In this document: piece after piece, positions 1 to 12,585 of the stretch | How positions within the stretch are numbered: position 1 is the stretch's first letter | Layout: the number at the start of each line of letters is the position of its first letter | NCBI GenBank assembly: GCA_048213135.1 | Contig: PS015490.1 | Span: forward strand, 24,622 to 59,363 | Origin: Reclinomonas americana ATCC 50394 | Lineage: Eukaryota | Reading direction: 5' to 3' | Length of the DNA stretch: 34,742 nt | Notes under the pieces: model-generated | What the model saw: only the letters and a program-made list of their open reading frames with translations | Databases searched by the model: none | What the model was told of the DNA's origin: nothing | Translations under genes and position numbers: made by a program

Positions 1-262
<262 letters not shown>

Positions 263-287
263 AGCAATCTCAAGGAGGCCACGCAAC

Positions 288-2263
288 TCTTTAGTGTTTC
301 CACCAGCATCTTGCCGCACACCTCGTCCATCGGGTTGAGTGAAATGTCGAGTTCCCTCAGGCTGCTGTTGGCCGCCAGAGCATCGTTCAGTGCGGCCACG
401 GCATCAGCGTCGTGGCCGAACGAGTTGCCGCGCAGATTCAGGTGCACCAGCGAGGTGGACTCGCGCAGTCCAGTGCACAGGTTGACAACGCCTTCGCCGC
501 CGAGCATGTTGCCCTGCAAATTCAGTCGCTCCACGCGGTTGCTGAGCAGCAGGTGCTCGGAGATGTGGAAACCGCTCTCGGGACCCAGGCCGCAGTAGGC
601 CAGCGACAGCGACGGAGCACGTCCGCCCGCGCCAATCGCCATGGCCAGAATGCGCAGACCCTCGTCGCCCAGCGGGTTGTAGTCCAGCGTCAACGACTGC
701 AACACGAGGCCGCCCTCAAACTCGCGCGCCAGCGACATGCACGCCAGCGACGATAATCGGCAGTCCATGAGCTCCACTTTCTCGAGCTCCGTCAGGTGAC
801 GCAGAATGCGTACCACGTCCTGCGTGATGAGAAAGAAGGAGAAGGAGTGAGGTGGAGGGAGAAGAGCAGAACGAAAGATGGAGATGAACAAGCAAAGTGG
901 TCACTCTGTTATGCGTGAAGCAAACTATCAAGGAGAAGACAGATCAAACAACGTCGTTCCGTGGTGCAGCGCAGCAATGAAGGAGACGAATCAATTGAGC
1001 GCATACTGTCGGAGAGAAGACAGATCAAACGAGGTCGCCAGTTGGTGCAAAGTGAGAAGGAATGAATAAAGGTGTCGACTGAGTGTACACTGCCGAGAAG
1101 AAGATGGATCAAACGTGGCCGTCAAGTAGTGCAGTGTGAAGCTACAAAGAAGACAAAGTAGGTCGCTGTTGAAGGCGTGCTGTCGGAGAGGAGACAGATC
1201 AAACGTGGTCCTTTACAGTGAAGAAACAAAAAGATAAACAAGCGCTGACTCTTTGAGTGCTACCGGAGAAAACGAGGTCTGTGGTGCAGCGTACAAGAAC
1301 GATGCAACCAGCAGAGAAGATGGATCAATCGAGGAGCGAAGGAGATGAAAGACTATCTTCTCCGTATCAAAGTAGAGCTGTCTGAGCAGAGATAGAGCAA
1401 ACGAGGTCGTTGTGTTGCACACAGTGAAGGACCAAAGAGATGAACAGGATTGCCATTGAAGGCGTGCTGTCGGAGAGGAGTCAGGTCAACGCGGTCGTTC
1501 TGCGGTGCACAGTGGAGAAATGACTATCGGAGAAAAACGAGGCCACTCTGCTGCACAGTGCGAAACAACGATGAATGCCAAGAGAAGATGGTCAAATGAG
1601 GCCTGTCTATGGCACACAAGTAGCCAAGGCGATGAACAAGGTCGCTCTGTTGAAGAATGCGGCGGTGAAGCAACGAAGACGACTCTCTCCCCATCCCTCC
1701 CCTCCCTCTGCCCCGCGCACTCAACATTAATCCCATCATCCCGCACATCGGCCTTCCACAGATACAACGCCTTGGTGCTTCTCATACGCGACGCAGTAAT
1801 CCCATCCGCCAGTGCCTTGAAGCCGGCCGGACCCAGCGCATCCCCAATGAGCAATTTGCTCGGCACCGCCGGTCCCTCCTCGTCATTCATCGCGTCCTTG
1901 AATTTTTGCACAAATGCGTCGTACGGAACCACTCCGTTGGCCTCGCACGCCGCATTGTACTGCGTAATCACCTCCTTCATCACCACCTCAGGAGCTGCGT
2001 CATGTCACAGCGTGTAAGTTCGGAAACTACTGTCTTTTTCTCTTGTCTCACTCTCTTGTTCTCTTCTCTCACTCGTGTGTGTGTGTACAGACAGCACACT
2101 CAACGATCAGATTGCACCTGCACACGAGGCACGCGCACAGAGTGAGTCACTTTCCTCTCAATTTTCCACTCATTGCACACACACGCACCTCCTCCTTTCC
2201 CTTGCCGCCCTTTCCCTTCTTGCCCTTCTTGCCCTTTCCGCCCTTCTTTCCCTTCTTCGGCAT
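288..2263 (-). CDS. RNI-like leucine-rich repeat protein with Lys/Gly-rich N-terminus; 3' end runs off the contig
   Basis: Exons 2263-2189 (MPKKGKKGGKGKKGKKGKGGKGKEE), 2117-2105, 1994-1726 and 819-288 join in frame. Repeats LQSLTLDYNPLGDEG, VERLNLQGNMLGGEG, LVHLNLRGNSFG and LRELDISLNPMD fit the RNI-type LRR consensus. Confidence 0.88.
925..1680. repeat. Degenerate ~80-95 bp tandem repeat inside a 906-nt intron (820-1725)
   Basis: Core resembling tgtcggagagaagacagatcaaacgaggtcg recurs near 932, 1007, 1091, 1181, 1315, 1380, 1468 and 1583. ttgaaggcgtgctgtcggagaggag occurs at about 1169 and 1456. Confidence 0.75.
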
Positions 2264-2408
2264 TGCTCTCGCTCTCTCTCACGTGCACGCACAGACAAAA
2301 CGCACGAGACAATTCAAATGCTGACGTCATCATTGCTCTCACGCGGAAAAAGCCTCACTTGCGCCTTGCTGAGCAGAGACAACACACACGCGCACGCTGT
2401 TTACATAG

Positions 2409-4064
2409 ATGGGTGCCACGTGCTCCTGTTGCAGTCAGAAGACTGTCAATGGACGCATTCGACGAGCCAAGGTTGAGTAAGACAAATCTCTCACTGACAC
2501 ATAGACGGACACGCGCACACACAGGTACACACACACGCACAGAGTGAGCGATTGTGTGAGTGCGTCTTTCGTTTGTCTGTCTCTTGTGTGTGTGTGGGGA
2601 ACTGATGCAGACACGTGCTGCTTGTTCGGATTCATCGAAAAAGCTCGTTGCTCTTCTCGCACAGTGGCAACAAGAGAGACACAGCAGAGGACAGAGAGAC
2701 TGACAGAGAATCACAGAGAGAAAAGGAGCAGAGACGACTGCACAGGTTGACCTCCGGTAGTAATAATGTGTGTTCGTGAATCACTCAGGAGTGAGAGGCA
2801 AAGAGATTGCGCGCGTGTGGTGTGTTGTTTGAGTGTGTGCACGAACAATAGTGTGTTGCGTGTCTTCGAATCTCTGCTGTCGAGTGTCACGGAATCGCTT
2901 TCGCGTTTTCCAACAAGCAGTTGTCTCTCTCTGTCTGCTCGTGCGCAGGCGACTGGAGTGTTGAATCTGCGGCAACTGGCTTTGCGAAGGTTCCCGGAGG
3001 CGGTGTGCAGTAGTATGGAGCGACTGGCGCACTTGGATCTCAGTGAGAATCACTTGACGGATTTGCCGGGTTTGTTCTTGCTTGCCTGTCGTCGTTTCAT
3101 TCGTTTGGAATATGCTTGTGACGACGAGTGGCGCAGAGGATCTGTCGATCTTCAAGGTCACCCTCACGCACCTCGACTTGTCGCACAATCGCTTCAAGTG
3201 CTTGCCGGCTGTCATTGGCACTCTGTCGGCGCTGAAGACGCTCAAGGTACTCATTGAATGGCGTTCGCATCACTTATATATATGGGACTGACTCCGCCTC
3301 CCCCACAGCTGGATTTCAACCCATTAACCTCGCTCGGAGTGACGGTGATGATGCCACGCGACCCGCACAACTCATCTGGCGATCTGTCGAGCGTCGCGCG
3401 TCACTCGGAGGAGCAGGAGGAGGAAGAGGAGGAGGAGGCGCTGTCGACAGGTGGCTCGTCGGATGCCTCCGAGTCGGCACTGGCGCTGCATCGTGGCGGC
3501 AACACGCACAGCCACCACCACCCACACAGCCATCACCTCCGACATGGCAGCACGGGGACAACGCCGAAGAAGCTTGTGGAACGCGTCCTCTATCCGCTGG
3601 GCTCGCTACCGCAGCTCAAGATGCTCTCGCTCTCCAACTGTCCCGAGCTGACGACGCTGGAGCCTGGCGGCGAGGCCATCTTTGCCGAGTCGCTGCAGTG
3701 CCTCATTCTGTCGCACTGTGCGCTGATCACAGTACCAGCGCAGCTGCTGCAGAATCTCGTCGCCTGCACGCGCCTCGACCTGTCGTACAATCGACTGACG
3801 ACGCTGCCAAAGGATCGCGACTGCCAGTACGCCAACATGCGAGCTCTGCGCACGCTCGATATTAGTCACAATGCGCTAACGAAGATCCCTACCTCACTAC
3901 TCCGCGACACGTCGATGGATCTGCTGCTGTGCGAGGCCAACACCGACGCACTGTCACCACGTGAACTTCACTACACCGAAGGGTGGAGGGAATACGACGA
4001 ACGGCGGAAACACCGTGTTGTCAAGCGACGGGAGGTGCAGGATGGCGCGCCAGTGACCAGATGA
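2409..4064 (+). CDS. LRRC57/PIRL7-8-like leucine-rich repeat protein with predicted N-myristoylation/palmitoylation
   Basis: Exons 2409-2471 (MGATCSCCSQKTVNGRIRRAK), 2949-3069, 3137-3246 and 3309-4064. ATGVLNLRQLALRRFP, LDLSENHLTDLP, LDLSHNRFKCLP, LDLSYNRLTTLP and C-terminal EGWREYDERRK resemble the LRRC57 family as I recall it. Confidence 0.82.
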
Positions 4065-4150
4065 AGAGGAAAGAGGGGAGAGCTGAAGGGGAGAGAAGAG
4101 AGCAGTGAAAAAGGCCTGTCCCATGTCCTCTCTGATTGCGTTTCGTTTCA

Positions 4151-5548
4151 ATGAGGAGAGCGGGCGCCGTGCTCGCAGTCGCTGTGCTGTTGGCGACAGT
4201 GTGCAGCGCATACGCAATGGCACAGTTGCGTTGCACGTGTGCGTGTCTCTCTTTGTGTGTGTGTGTGTGTGATTTACAACATGTGGTGATGAGAATCCAG
4301 TCGTTACATTCTCAGTTTCACCTCTCTCTCACTCTCTCACTGTATGTCTCTGTGTGTGTTCTCGCACAACTGTCCTTCTTCCCTTTCACCGCTCTCTGTG
4401 TGACGTGTCATGCGCGCGACTGACACGTGTCTTCGCAAGAGCACCTGCGGGGGTCACTCACGTGCCTGTTGTGCCGACGTATGAGTGGACGGATGTGCCG
4501 GCGGACTCGGAGAATGTTGTGTACAGTGTGCCTGCGGGGTGCGAGGTCTCACTGGCGATGCATGATACGTCGACGCCGTCGACGACCGCCACGCGACACA
4601 TTCGCATTCCGCAGCCGTGGCAGTGGCAGGTGAGGAGAGGGAGAAGAGTGGGAGGGAGGGAGGAGAGAGGGAGACAGGAAGGAGGGAGGGAGACGAGAAG
4701 GACTGAGAGAGATCAGAGGCGACACGGCGAGCGACAGGGGACGAGCTTCCGAGAAGAGAACAGCTGGGAGAGCAAGATATGAGAGACAGGCGACAACTCT
4801 CCGAGAAGCAGGAAGCCCGAAGAAGCAAGCCGTGAGAAAGCTTCACTGTGCAAGAGCAAGGGCTGGCAGAGATCAGAGACGACAGGCGACAACTCTCCGA
4901 GAGAAGCAGGAAGAGAACAGCGTGAAGGGTGCGTTTTTTCGTGAGGCAAGAGATCATTGACGACGTGCGACAGCCCGAAGAAGCAAGCCGTGAGAGCGAT
5001 TCGCCGTGCAAGAGCAAGGGCTGGCAGAGATCAGACATGACAGGCGACAATGTTCAAGAAAGCAAAGAGAACAGATGGGTGGGACTCAGAGACAACAGGC
5101 ACCAGCTCTCCAAAGACAGCCGTGAGATCGCTTCACGGTGGTAGACAGCTGCTGGGAAGAGATCAGAAACTCATACACTTTTTGTGCTCATCCTTTGTCA
5201 CCTCGATCCACCCAGGTTGATCTTGGACGGCGTCGCACTCACCACTTCCGCGGCAACGCCAGCGTCCGTGTGGGCGGCTTGGCGCGGCTGTCGGTGTGGC
5301 GACACACGACCCTCGGTGAGCTGCGTGCCGAGTTGGAGCGACGAGTGGTGCCCGGATGCCGCGTGCATTTCTTGGATAACAGCACCGGCAGCTCCGCGTC
5401 GGACACGCGCAACATGGTGGAGTGGACGTGGCATGACGACGATACGGCAGAGGCCGTCAACTTGTTTAATATGCGTGGTCGCATCAAGGTGGACGGCACG
5501 TCCGACTGCGACGACTGGATGAATCTCGTCAGTGAGGAGGACTTGTAA
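4151..5548 (+). CDS. Hypothetical secretory-pathway protein: signal peptide, SIL1-N-like motif, possible ubiquitin-like domain, C-terminal EEDL
   Basis: Exons 4151-4224, 4440-4629 and 5216-5548 join in frame. Hydrophobic N-terminus (MRRAGAVLAVAVLLATVCSAYA), motif PTYEWTDV..VPAGCEVSLAM, ending SEEDL-stop. The first acceptor is AAG, so that junction is less certain. Confidence 0.65.
4700..5170. repeat. Purine-rich direct repeats inside a 586-nt intron (4630-5215)
   Basis: An ~78-bp block gcccgaagaagcaagccgtgaga...gcagagatcaga..acaggcgacaa lies at about 4815 and 4973. acaggcgacaactctccgaga lies at about 4786 and 4882. Confidence 0.85.
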
Positions 5549-5584
5549 AACTATCAAAATCACTGTTTACTCTTCACTCTCCAA

Positions 5585-8500
5585 TTATTCAGCCATCTCC
5601 TCTTCCTCATCTTCAAGCTCCGCGGATAGCTTGCGAACCGACACGGCGCTCATGTATCGATCAATCTGCCGACAAAAATTTCCACGTTGGCACACGCACG
5701 TAGAAGGCATCATCATATCGTCACGCAACATTCAACGCATGCGAGCTCATGGTCAGCGACGGTAGCACCATCTGCAGTTGCGAGAAGCAGGCGGCAGTGT
5801 CGCCAGTCACGCTTCGCGGCAGTTCCACGTCAACAAAGCCGTGGAAGAGCAGTCGAAGCCACACTTCGGCGCACGCTTGTTGCTTGAGGCTCTGCGCAGC
5901 CGCGATGAGTGCACAGAAGAAGACGTGATGACTTCGCACACAGAACACACACACACCAGCTTGCCATCGACGGCGCCTTCGCCAATGCTCTTGATCTTCT
6001 CTATCAGCATGGCGTAGGCGGCGGCGTCGGAGGGCATGGCAGCGTTGGCGCGCATCGCTGGGTTGATGAGGCTCACGGCCAGCAGGCGCACAAACACTCG
6101 ATGCAGTGGATGAGCGGGCAGCGCACTCAGTAGCTCGTCCACCACCTCCACTTGCACCGATTCGGCGAGTACGTCACACTGCAAGGCAGGCGGTGAGCAG
6201 GAGGCAATCGATACTACCACACAACTGAAAAAATTCAGCACCTTGACGAGCTGCTGGCATAATCGGAACAGCAGCTGTGGCGCGACGGCTGCGTCCACGT
6301 CGACCTCCAGGCGATTGAGGACGGCGGCGAGGAGATGTGTGGCACACGGACGGATCGAGGCCTGCTCTCCGAGAGGCGTGAGTGAAGTAAGATGTGCGCG
6401 CGCGTCTGCATGAAGTAACTCACCAGGCCAAATTCGCGCAGCAAGCGGAGGGCCAGCAGACACACTGCCGCATACACGTCCACCATGTAGTCGACATCGG
6501 GTACCTGGTTCGCACGTTGTCGTTCTGCGTCCATTCTTGGCAGCCACCGATCAGGGGCGGGTGCAACCACCACGCGTTCCACCGCAAAGGAGACGGTCGG
6601 ATCCTTCACCCGCAAATCGATCACCATGTTGGAGAAGCCGAGAGGTTCGCGCAGCGAACGAGGGAAGCGAAGTGCGCGATTCTCGGATAGTTTCTGCATC
6701 AGCATGCACTGTGAACAACGCATGCGTGCACGCCTGAAAGGCATGAAGTGAAACCAACCGATAGTGTGGTCGACACTTGCTCTTGATCTCCTGCCGCTGC
6801 TGGTGGTTTCGGTGGCGCTGCCGGTGGTCTCTCACTGCGCGCACACAATGCGCCGATGAGCCAACTTGTCTCTCGGTCGAGTACCCTCGCGCACGCACAG
6901 GCACACGCAACGAGCACACTGGTTGCGCGGACTGGAGAATCGTTGTCAACAAGTTGATGAGTGCAGCCACGCGGTATGCGGCCACTGAACTGTGACGACC
7001 GTCGCCACTGTCATCCTCCACGGCAGCACTGCTGCTGCTGCCTCCGGGGCGGTCGAACAGCTTGGCTCGGGTCGACGCTCGCCGACTTTGCGTGCTGGAC
7101 AGCCAACACGGGGAAGCTGACGATCGGTGGCGTGTCAGTACACACGCAAAGACTCAATATCTCTGCTGTAGCGTACCAGAGGCAACCAATTGCTGTGACG
7201 TCACTTGCGTTGGTGGGCGGGGTGGGCGGTAGGCCAGGTACTTCTCGAGCGAGCCCTCGCCGACACGCACGGCCGCAGCTAGCGCCATCGCCGCGTCGTG
7301 CCCAGGCGCCTCGAGACCCTGAGAGACGGCCCTCCACGCCGCCACTCGAACACTCAACGGCGCGCATGCTGTTCCACATCCGGCGGTGAGACACGATGTG
7401 CATGAAGAGAAGACAGCCGACGCCGCAACTTTGCATCTGCGTGTTGTCTGCACTGGAGAGAATCAGCAGCATACACTGGTATGCACACTGCACGAGCGTC
7501 ATGTTTTCGGAGCAACTCACTGCGCTCGATCAAACACTCCAGTGAGTGACGGTGCCACCAACATGCAGGCGCGCCAGTCTCACCAGTGTCAACCAGATAG
7601 TTGAGCAGCGGTTCAGGGGCGAAAAAGTGAACGCCATACGCCTGCCAGGTCACACGCCGGCCCGTGCGCAATGTTTCCACCAGCATGCCGATTTCGAGCG
7701 CACGACGCACAACCGTCTCTCCGCCGTCTGCACGTCGGAAGTCAGCTCAAGCGTCATCAAGCCAGCTATAGCGTGCACACGCAACTCCACAGCTCACACA
7801 GTCGGCGACGGAAAGTGGCCTCGGAAGTCAGCGACTTGTCACCGGCGGGAATGTAGTCGGCCGGCAGGTGCATTTCGAATCGCACATGCGCGTTCGCTTC
7901 CGGCACCGCCGCCACGCTCCACGCATTGAGCGATTCACGCTTGGAGCGACCACCCTGCCACCATGCCGAAATCACCACACGAGACCACCTCGCACAACCC
8001 ATCATCGCTCACTCACCGGCGTGTTTGCTTTCGGAGTTTTGAAGTCGGCAAAATCGTCGCCTACATCGTCATCGCCGACGCTAGAGTCGCCATCCCCCGC
8101 AGCACGAGCTCCTGCATCCGCATCATCACCATTGCGACCCTCCTCTCGCATAGACAAGTCGTCATCGTCGTCGCCGAGATCGTCGGTCTGCGACAGTGTC
8201 GTAAACACAGTCGGATCCACAGTAAAGTTCAACAGCGCCTCCACGTCGTCGAGCTCTGCAAACACACGCGGATCAACATCGCAAACCTCTGCGCGACACA
8301 CAGCACCTCATCACACCTTGATGCTTACTCGCAGCGATGCGATTGCTGCGTCGAGGTGGGAGGATGTCAGACAACTCAGAAATGCACCAGCATGGAACAT
8401 GCAACGCAACAGCTCAAAGGCATCCAACGGAGGCGGCGGCGCCTGCACCGCCTTTTTCTGCGCGAGTGCCACCACCTTTTGCTTCTCCTCCTCCGCAGCC

Positions 8501-9027
8501 ATCTCATCGTCAGAGTCGAGCACCTTGCGCTTGATCAGCGGAACCACACCATCATCATCATCATCCTGCGCATCACAGTTGTCTGTCAGTCACTCGCTCA
8601 CACCCGCATATTAACGCGCGCGCGGCAAACGCACCCACGGTGGCGTTGGTTCTCGCGCGCGTGGCACCAACGAAGCCTGAGCGCGAGCGCACATTCAACA
8701 CACACTTTCATGAGCATGTGCACTTTTACGACGACACACCAGTGGAGGATCATCATCTTCGTCTTCCTCGTCCTCCTCCTCCTGTGTCTCTGTCTTCTTG
8801 GAGGTGAGTTTCTTCCCGCCTCCGCGACGCATGGAGGTGGGAGTGGGCGAGCGACGTGCGGCCTTGCGCGCGCGAGTACGTGAGGATGGCGGAGCACGCG
8901 CACTGGCAGTAGTGGTCGAGGACGCGCGAGTTTTCACTGTGCGTTGTTGTGGCGCCGCGGGAGAGTCATCGCTGAGTGACTCTTCGTCGCTGTTGTGGGC
9001 GGCCACTGCGCGCTTCCGGCGAGGCAT
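5585..9027 (-). CDS. Large multi-exon hypothetical protein: basic/acidic disordered N-terminus, helical C-terminal half; possibly SLF2/Nse6-like
   Basis: Starts MPRRKRAVAAHNSDEES with NLS-like basic clusters and D/E tracts. A chain of minus-strand exons continues to ...ELEDEEEEMAE-TAA. Several internal junctions are ambiguous and the family assignment is only a remembered resemblance. Confidence 0.6.
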
Positions 9028-9102
9028 CCTGGTGTGTAAAGTGCGTGCATGTGCTCGCGTTCCCGCAAAATGCATCAGAAGGCAAACCCCCATCTCTTTG
9101 TT

Positions 9103-10779
9103 TTACTGCTGCTGCTCATCGCTGTAGGTGGCATCGCCTTTGACGGTGCCGCCGTGGCTGTTTTGCGTGTAGACGTAGAAGCCGCGTGAGCTCTTCTTGC
9201 CCAGGCGACCGGCTCTCATGTATTGCACGAGGAGAGGATCTGAGTGCGTGCACACGTGGTGTCAGACAAGGCAGACTTCAGGCGTGCGGGTGTGCGTGGT
9301 TTCGACGCAACGAGGGCGGTACTTGGCGTCGGCAGTGTCGGCCCACAGTCGTCGCATGACGAGCACGCATGTGTCGATGCCAATGACGTCGGCCAGCTGC
9401 GTGACAATGGTCAGATCAGGCCGCGGTTGCACTACTCACTGTGCTACACTGACCTCCAGCGGACCGAGGGAGCTTCCCACTCCAAACCGCAGCGCGCGAT
9501 CAATGTCCGACACGGTGGCCACACCCCTGCGCCACGCGTGTCCAAACGCAGTCAGATCAACACCTACCCACATGCTTCCCCATATCATGTGTTCGCCACG
9601 CAACTCAGACACCATTTGCACCGCCTCGTTGATCAGCGGCATCATGAGGCGGAAAATGACAAAGCCCGGCGAGTCCTTGGAGAGCACGGCCACCTGCGAG
9701 CGGCAAAAGCATCAGCGTTCAGCGCGCAGACGAACTCAAAATTACACGCGCCGCCGCCCCTCCCACCTTGCCCATGTCGCGAGCCAGCAGCTTGACAGAG
9801 TCCACCGTCTCGCCCGACGTGTCGAGGCCTGGAATCAACTCAACCAAATCGTTTGCTGGTATATTTGCAATCGATATATGAGCTCCTCCTCCACCTTCTC
9901 CCTTCCCAAGACGACCCAGCAAACGCAACTCGGCACCGGGTTCAGGAAATGCAAGCCCACCACGCGTCGCGCTCGATCCGGCACCCACGACGCCACCTCG
10001 GTGATGCTCAACGACGAGGTATTCGTCGCCAGCACCGTCTCCATCGGCAACAAGCTCGCCAGCGTGATCAGCACATCGCGCTTCACTCGCGCATCGTCCG
10101 GCACCGCCTCAATCACCAACTGCGACGAGCGCAGCGCCGAGTACGTCTGCGTGGTCACAATACGCCCCATGGTGGCCTCGCGCTCCTCCTCCGACAGGTT
10201 GCGATAGGTGACTGCGCGATCCAGATACGAGCGGATAAAGCGGATTGAGTGCGTGCAGGCCGCCTCTGACGTGTCCATCAGCGTCACTTGCCTGCGCACG
10301 CACGTCAGAAGGCACAGACGGAAGGAGCGAGGGAAGGAAAGGACGAAACTTTTTCGCGTTCAGTGCCAATACGATTGCGATTCCAGTGCCCACTGTGTCT
10401 GTGTGAGTGCACAGCAAGAGAGAGGGAGAGAGGGCGGGAGTGTGTGCGTGTGTGTGACTCAACTCTGCCCTGCGCCCACGACTGCCACATTGTGCACTGT
10501 GCGATCAGTGTCGCCTGCAGTGTCCGCGGATTCTGACGACTTGTGAGAGCGCGAGTGGTGTGTGCCCTTGTTGTTGTTGTGGTTGTTGTTGTGCGAGGCT
10601 GTGGGCGACTTGGAGGCCTCGGCGGCGAACCAGCGCGCAGTGAGCAGAGACTGCATTGTGTGTGAGTGAAAGAATGAGAGTGTGTGCGAGTGTGTGAGAG
10701 AGAATGTGCGCGTCACCTGCAGGCCACTGCTGCGTGGTGTGGGGCGGAAGAGAAGGCGACTCAGCGTTGCTGTTCTCAT
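9103..10779 (-). CDS. Mitochondrial 3-hydroxyacyl-CoA / 3-hydroxybutyryl-CoA dehydrogenase family protein (9 exons)
   Basis: The spliced product gives VAVVGAGQMGTGIA, LATNTSSLSIT, GLHFLNPVP, KDSPGFV, GPLELADVIGID, KYRPHPLL and GRLGKKSSRGFY, with an Arg/Ser-rich presequence. Confidence 0.93.
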
Positions 10780-10952
10780 CGCGGGAAGGTGGTCTTTTTG
10801 TCGATTCAATGGGTTGGTTTCTTTTTAATGCTCTTCTGCGGCAGATCGCTGCAGAAGGAAATGGGGGAGGAGATGCGCGCGGGGAAAAGTGGGGGCGGCG
10901 GGGCCCTACACACACAGCTGGCGAGCAGTGAGAGCGTGTGCGTGCGCGCGCA

Positions 10953-12423
<1,471 letters not shown>

Positions 12424-12585
12424 GTGTGCAGAGAGTGAGTGTGTGTGTGTGTGTTATGTGGACACTTTCGACTCGCGCGCGTCACTTCAATTGGGGCCAC
12501 CACCGTCGCCCCCTCAACTCGTGTGCACACGTGCTCATCGCCAACCGCTTGCTCGCCCCAAGAAACCCCCCCTTACGCAGCAAGC

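Noticed and set aside
925-1680. Repeat-spacer pattern resembling a CRISPR array
   Set aside because: The repeats are highly degenerate and unevenly spaced, lie inside a spliceosomal intron, and there are no cas genes.
2449-2756. Alternative start MDAFDEPR plus an exon at about 2611-2756 for the LRR gene
   Set aside because: The phase does not match the acceptor at 2948, whereas the ATG at 2409 joins directly and gives a family-typical MGxxC N-terminus.
9197-10207. Long plus-strand ORF (336 aa) and similar antisense ORFs such as 7963-8883 and 27049-27732
   Set aside because: They are shadows of GC-rich coding exons on the opposite strand and have no recognisable motifs.
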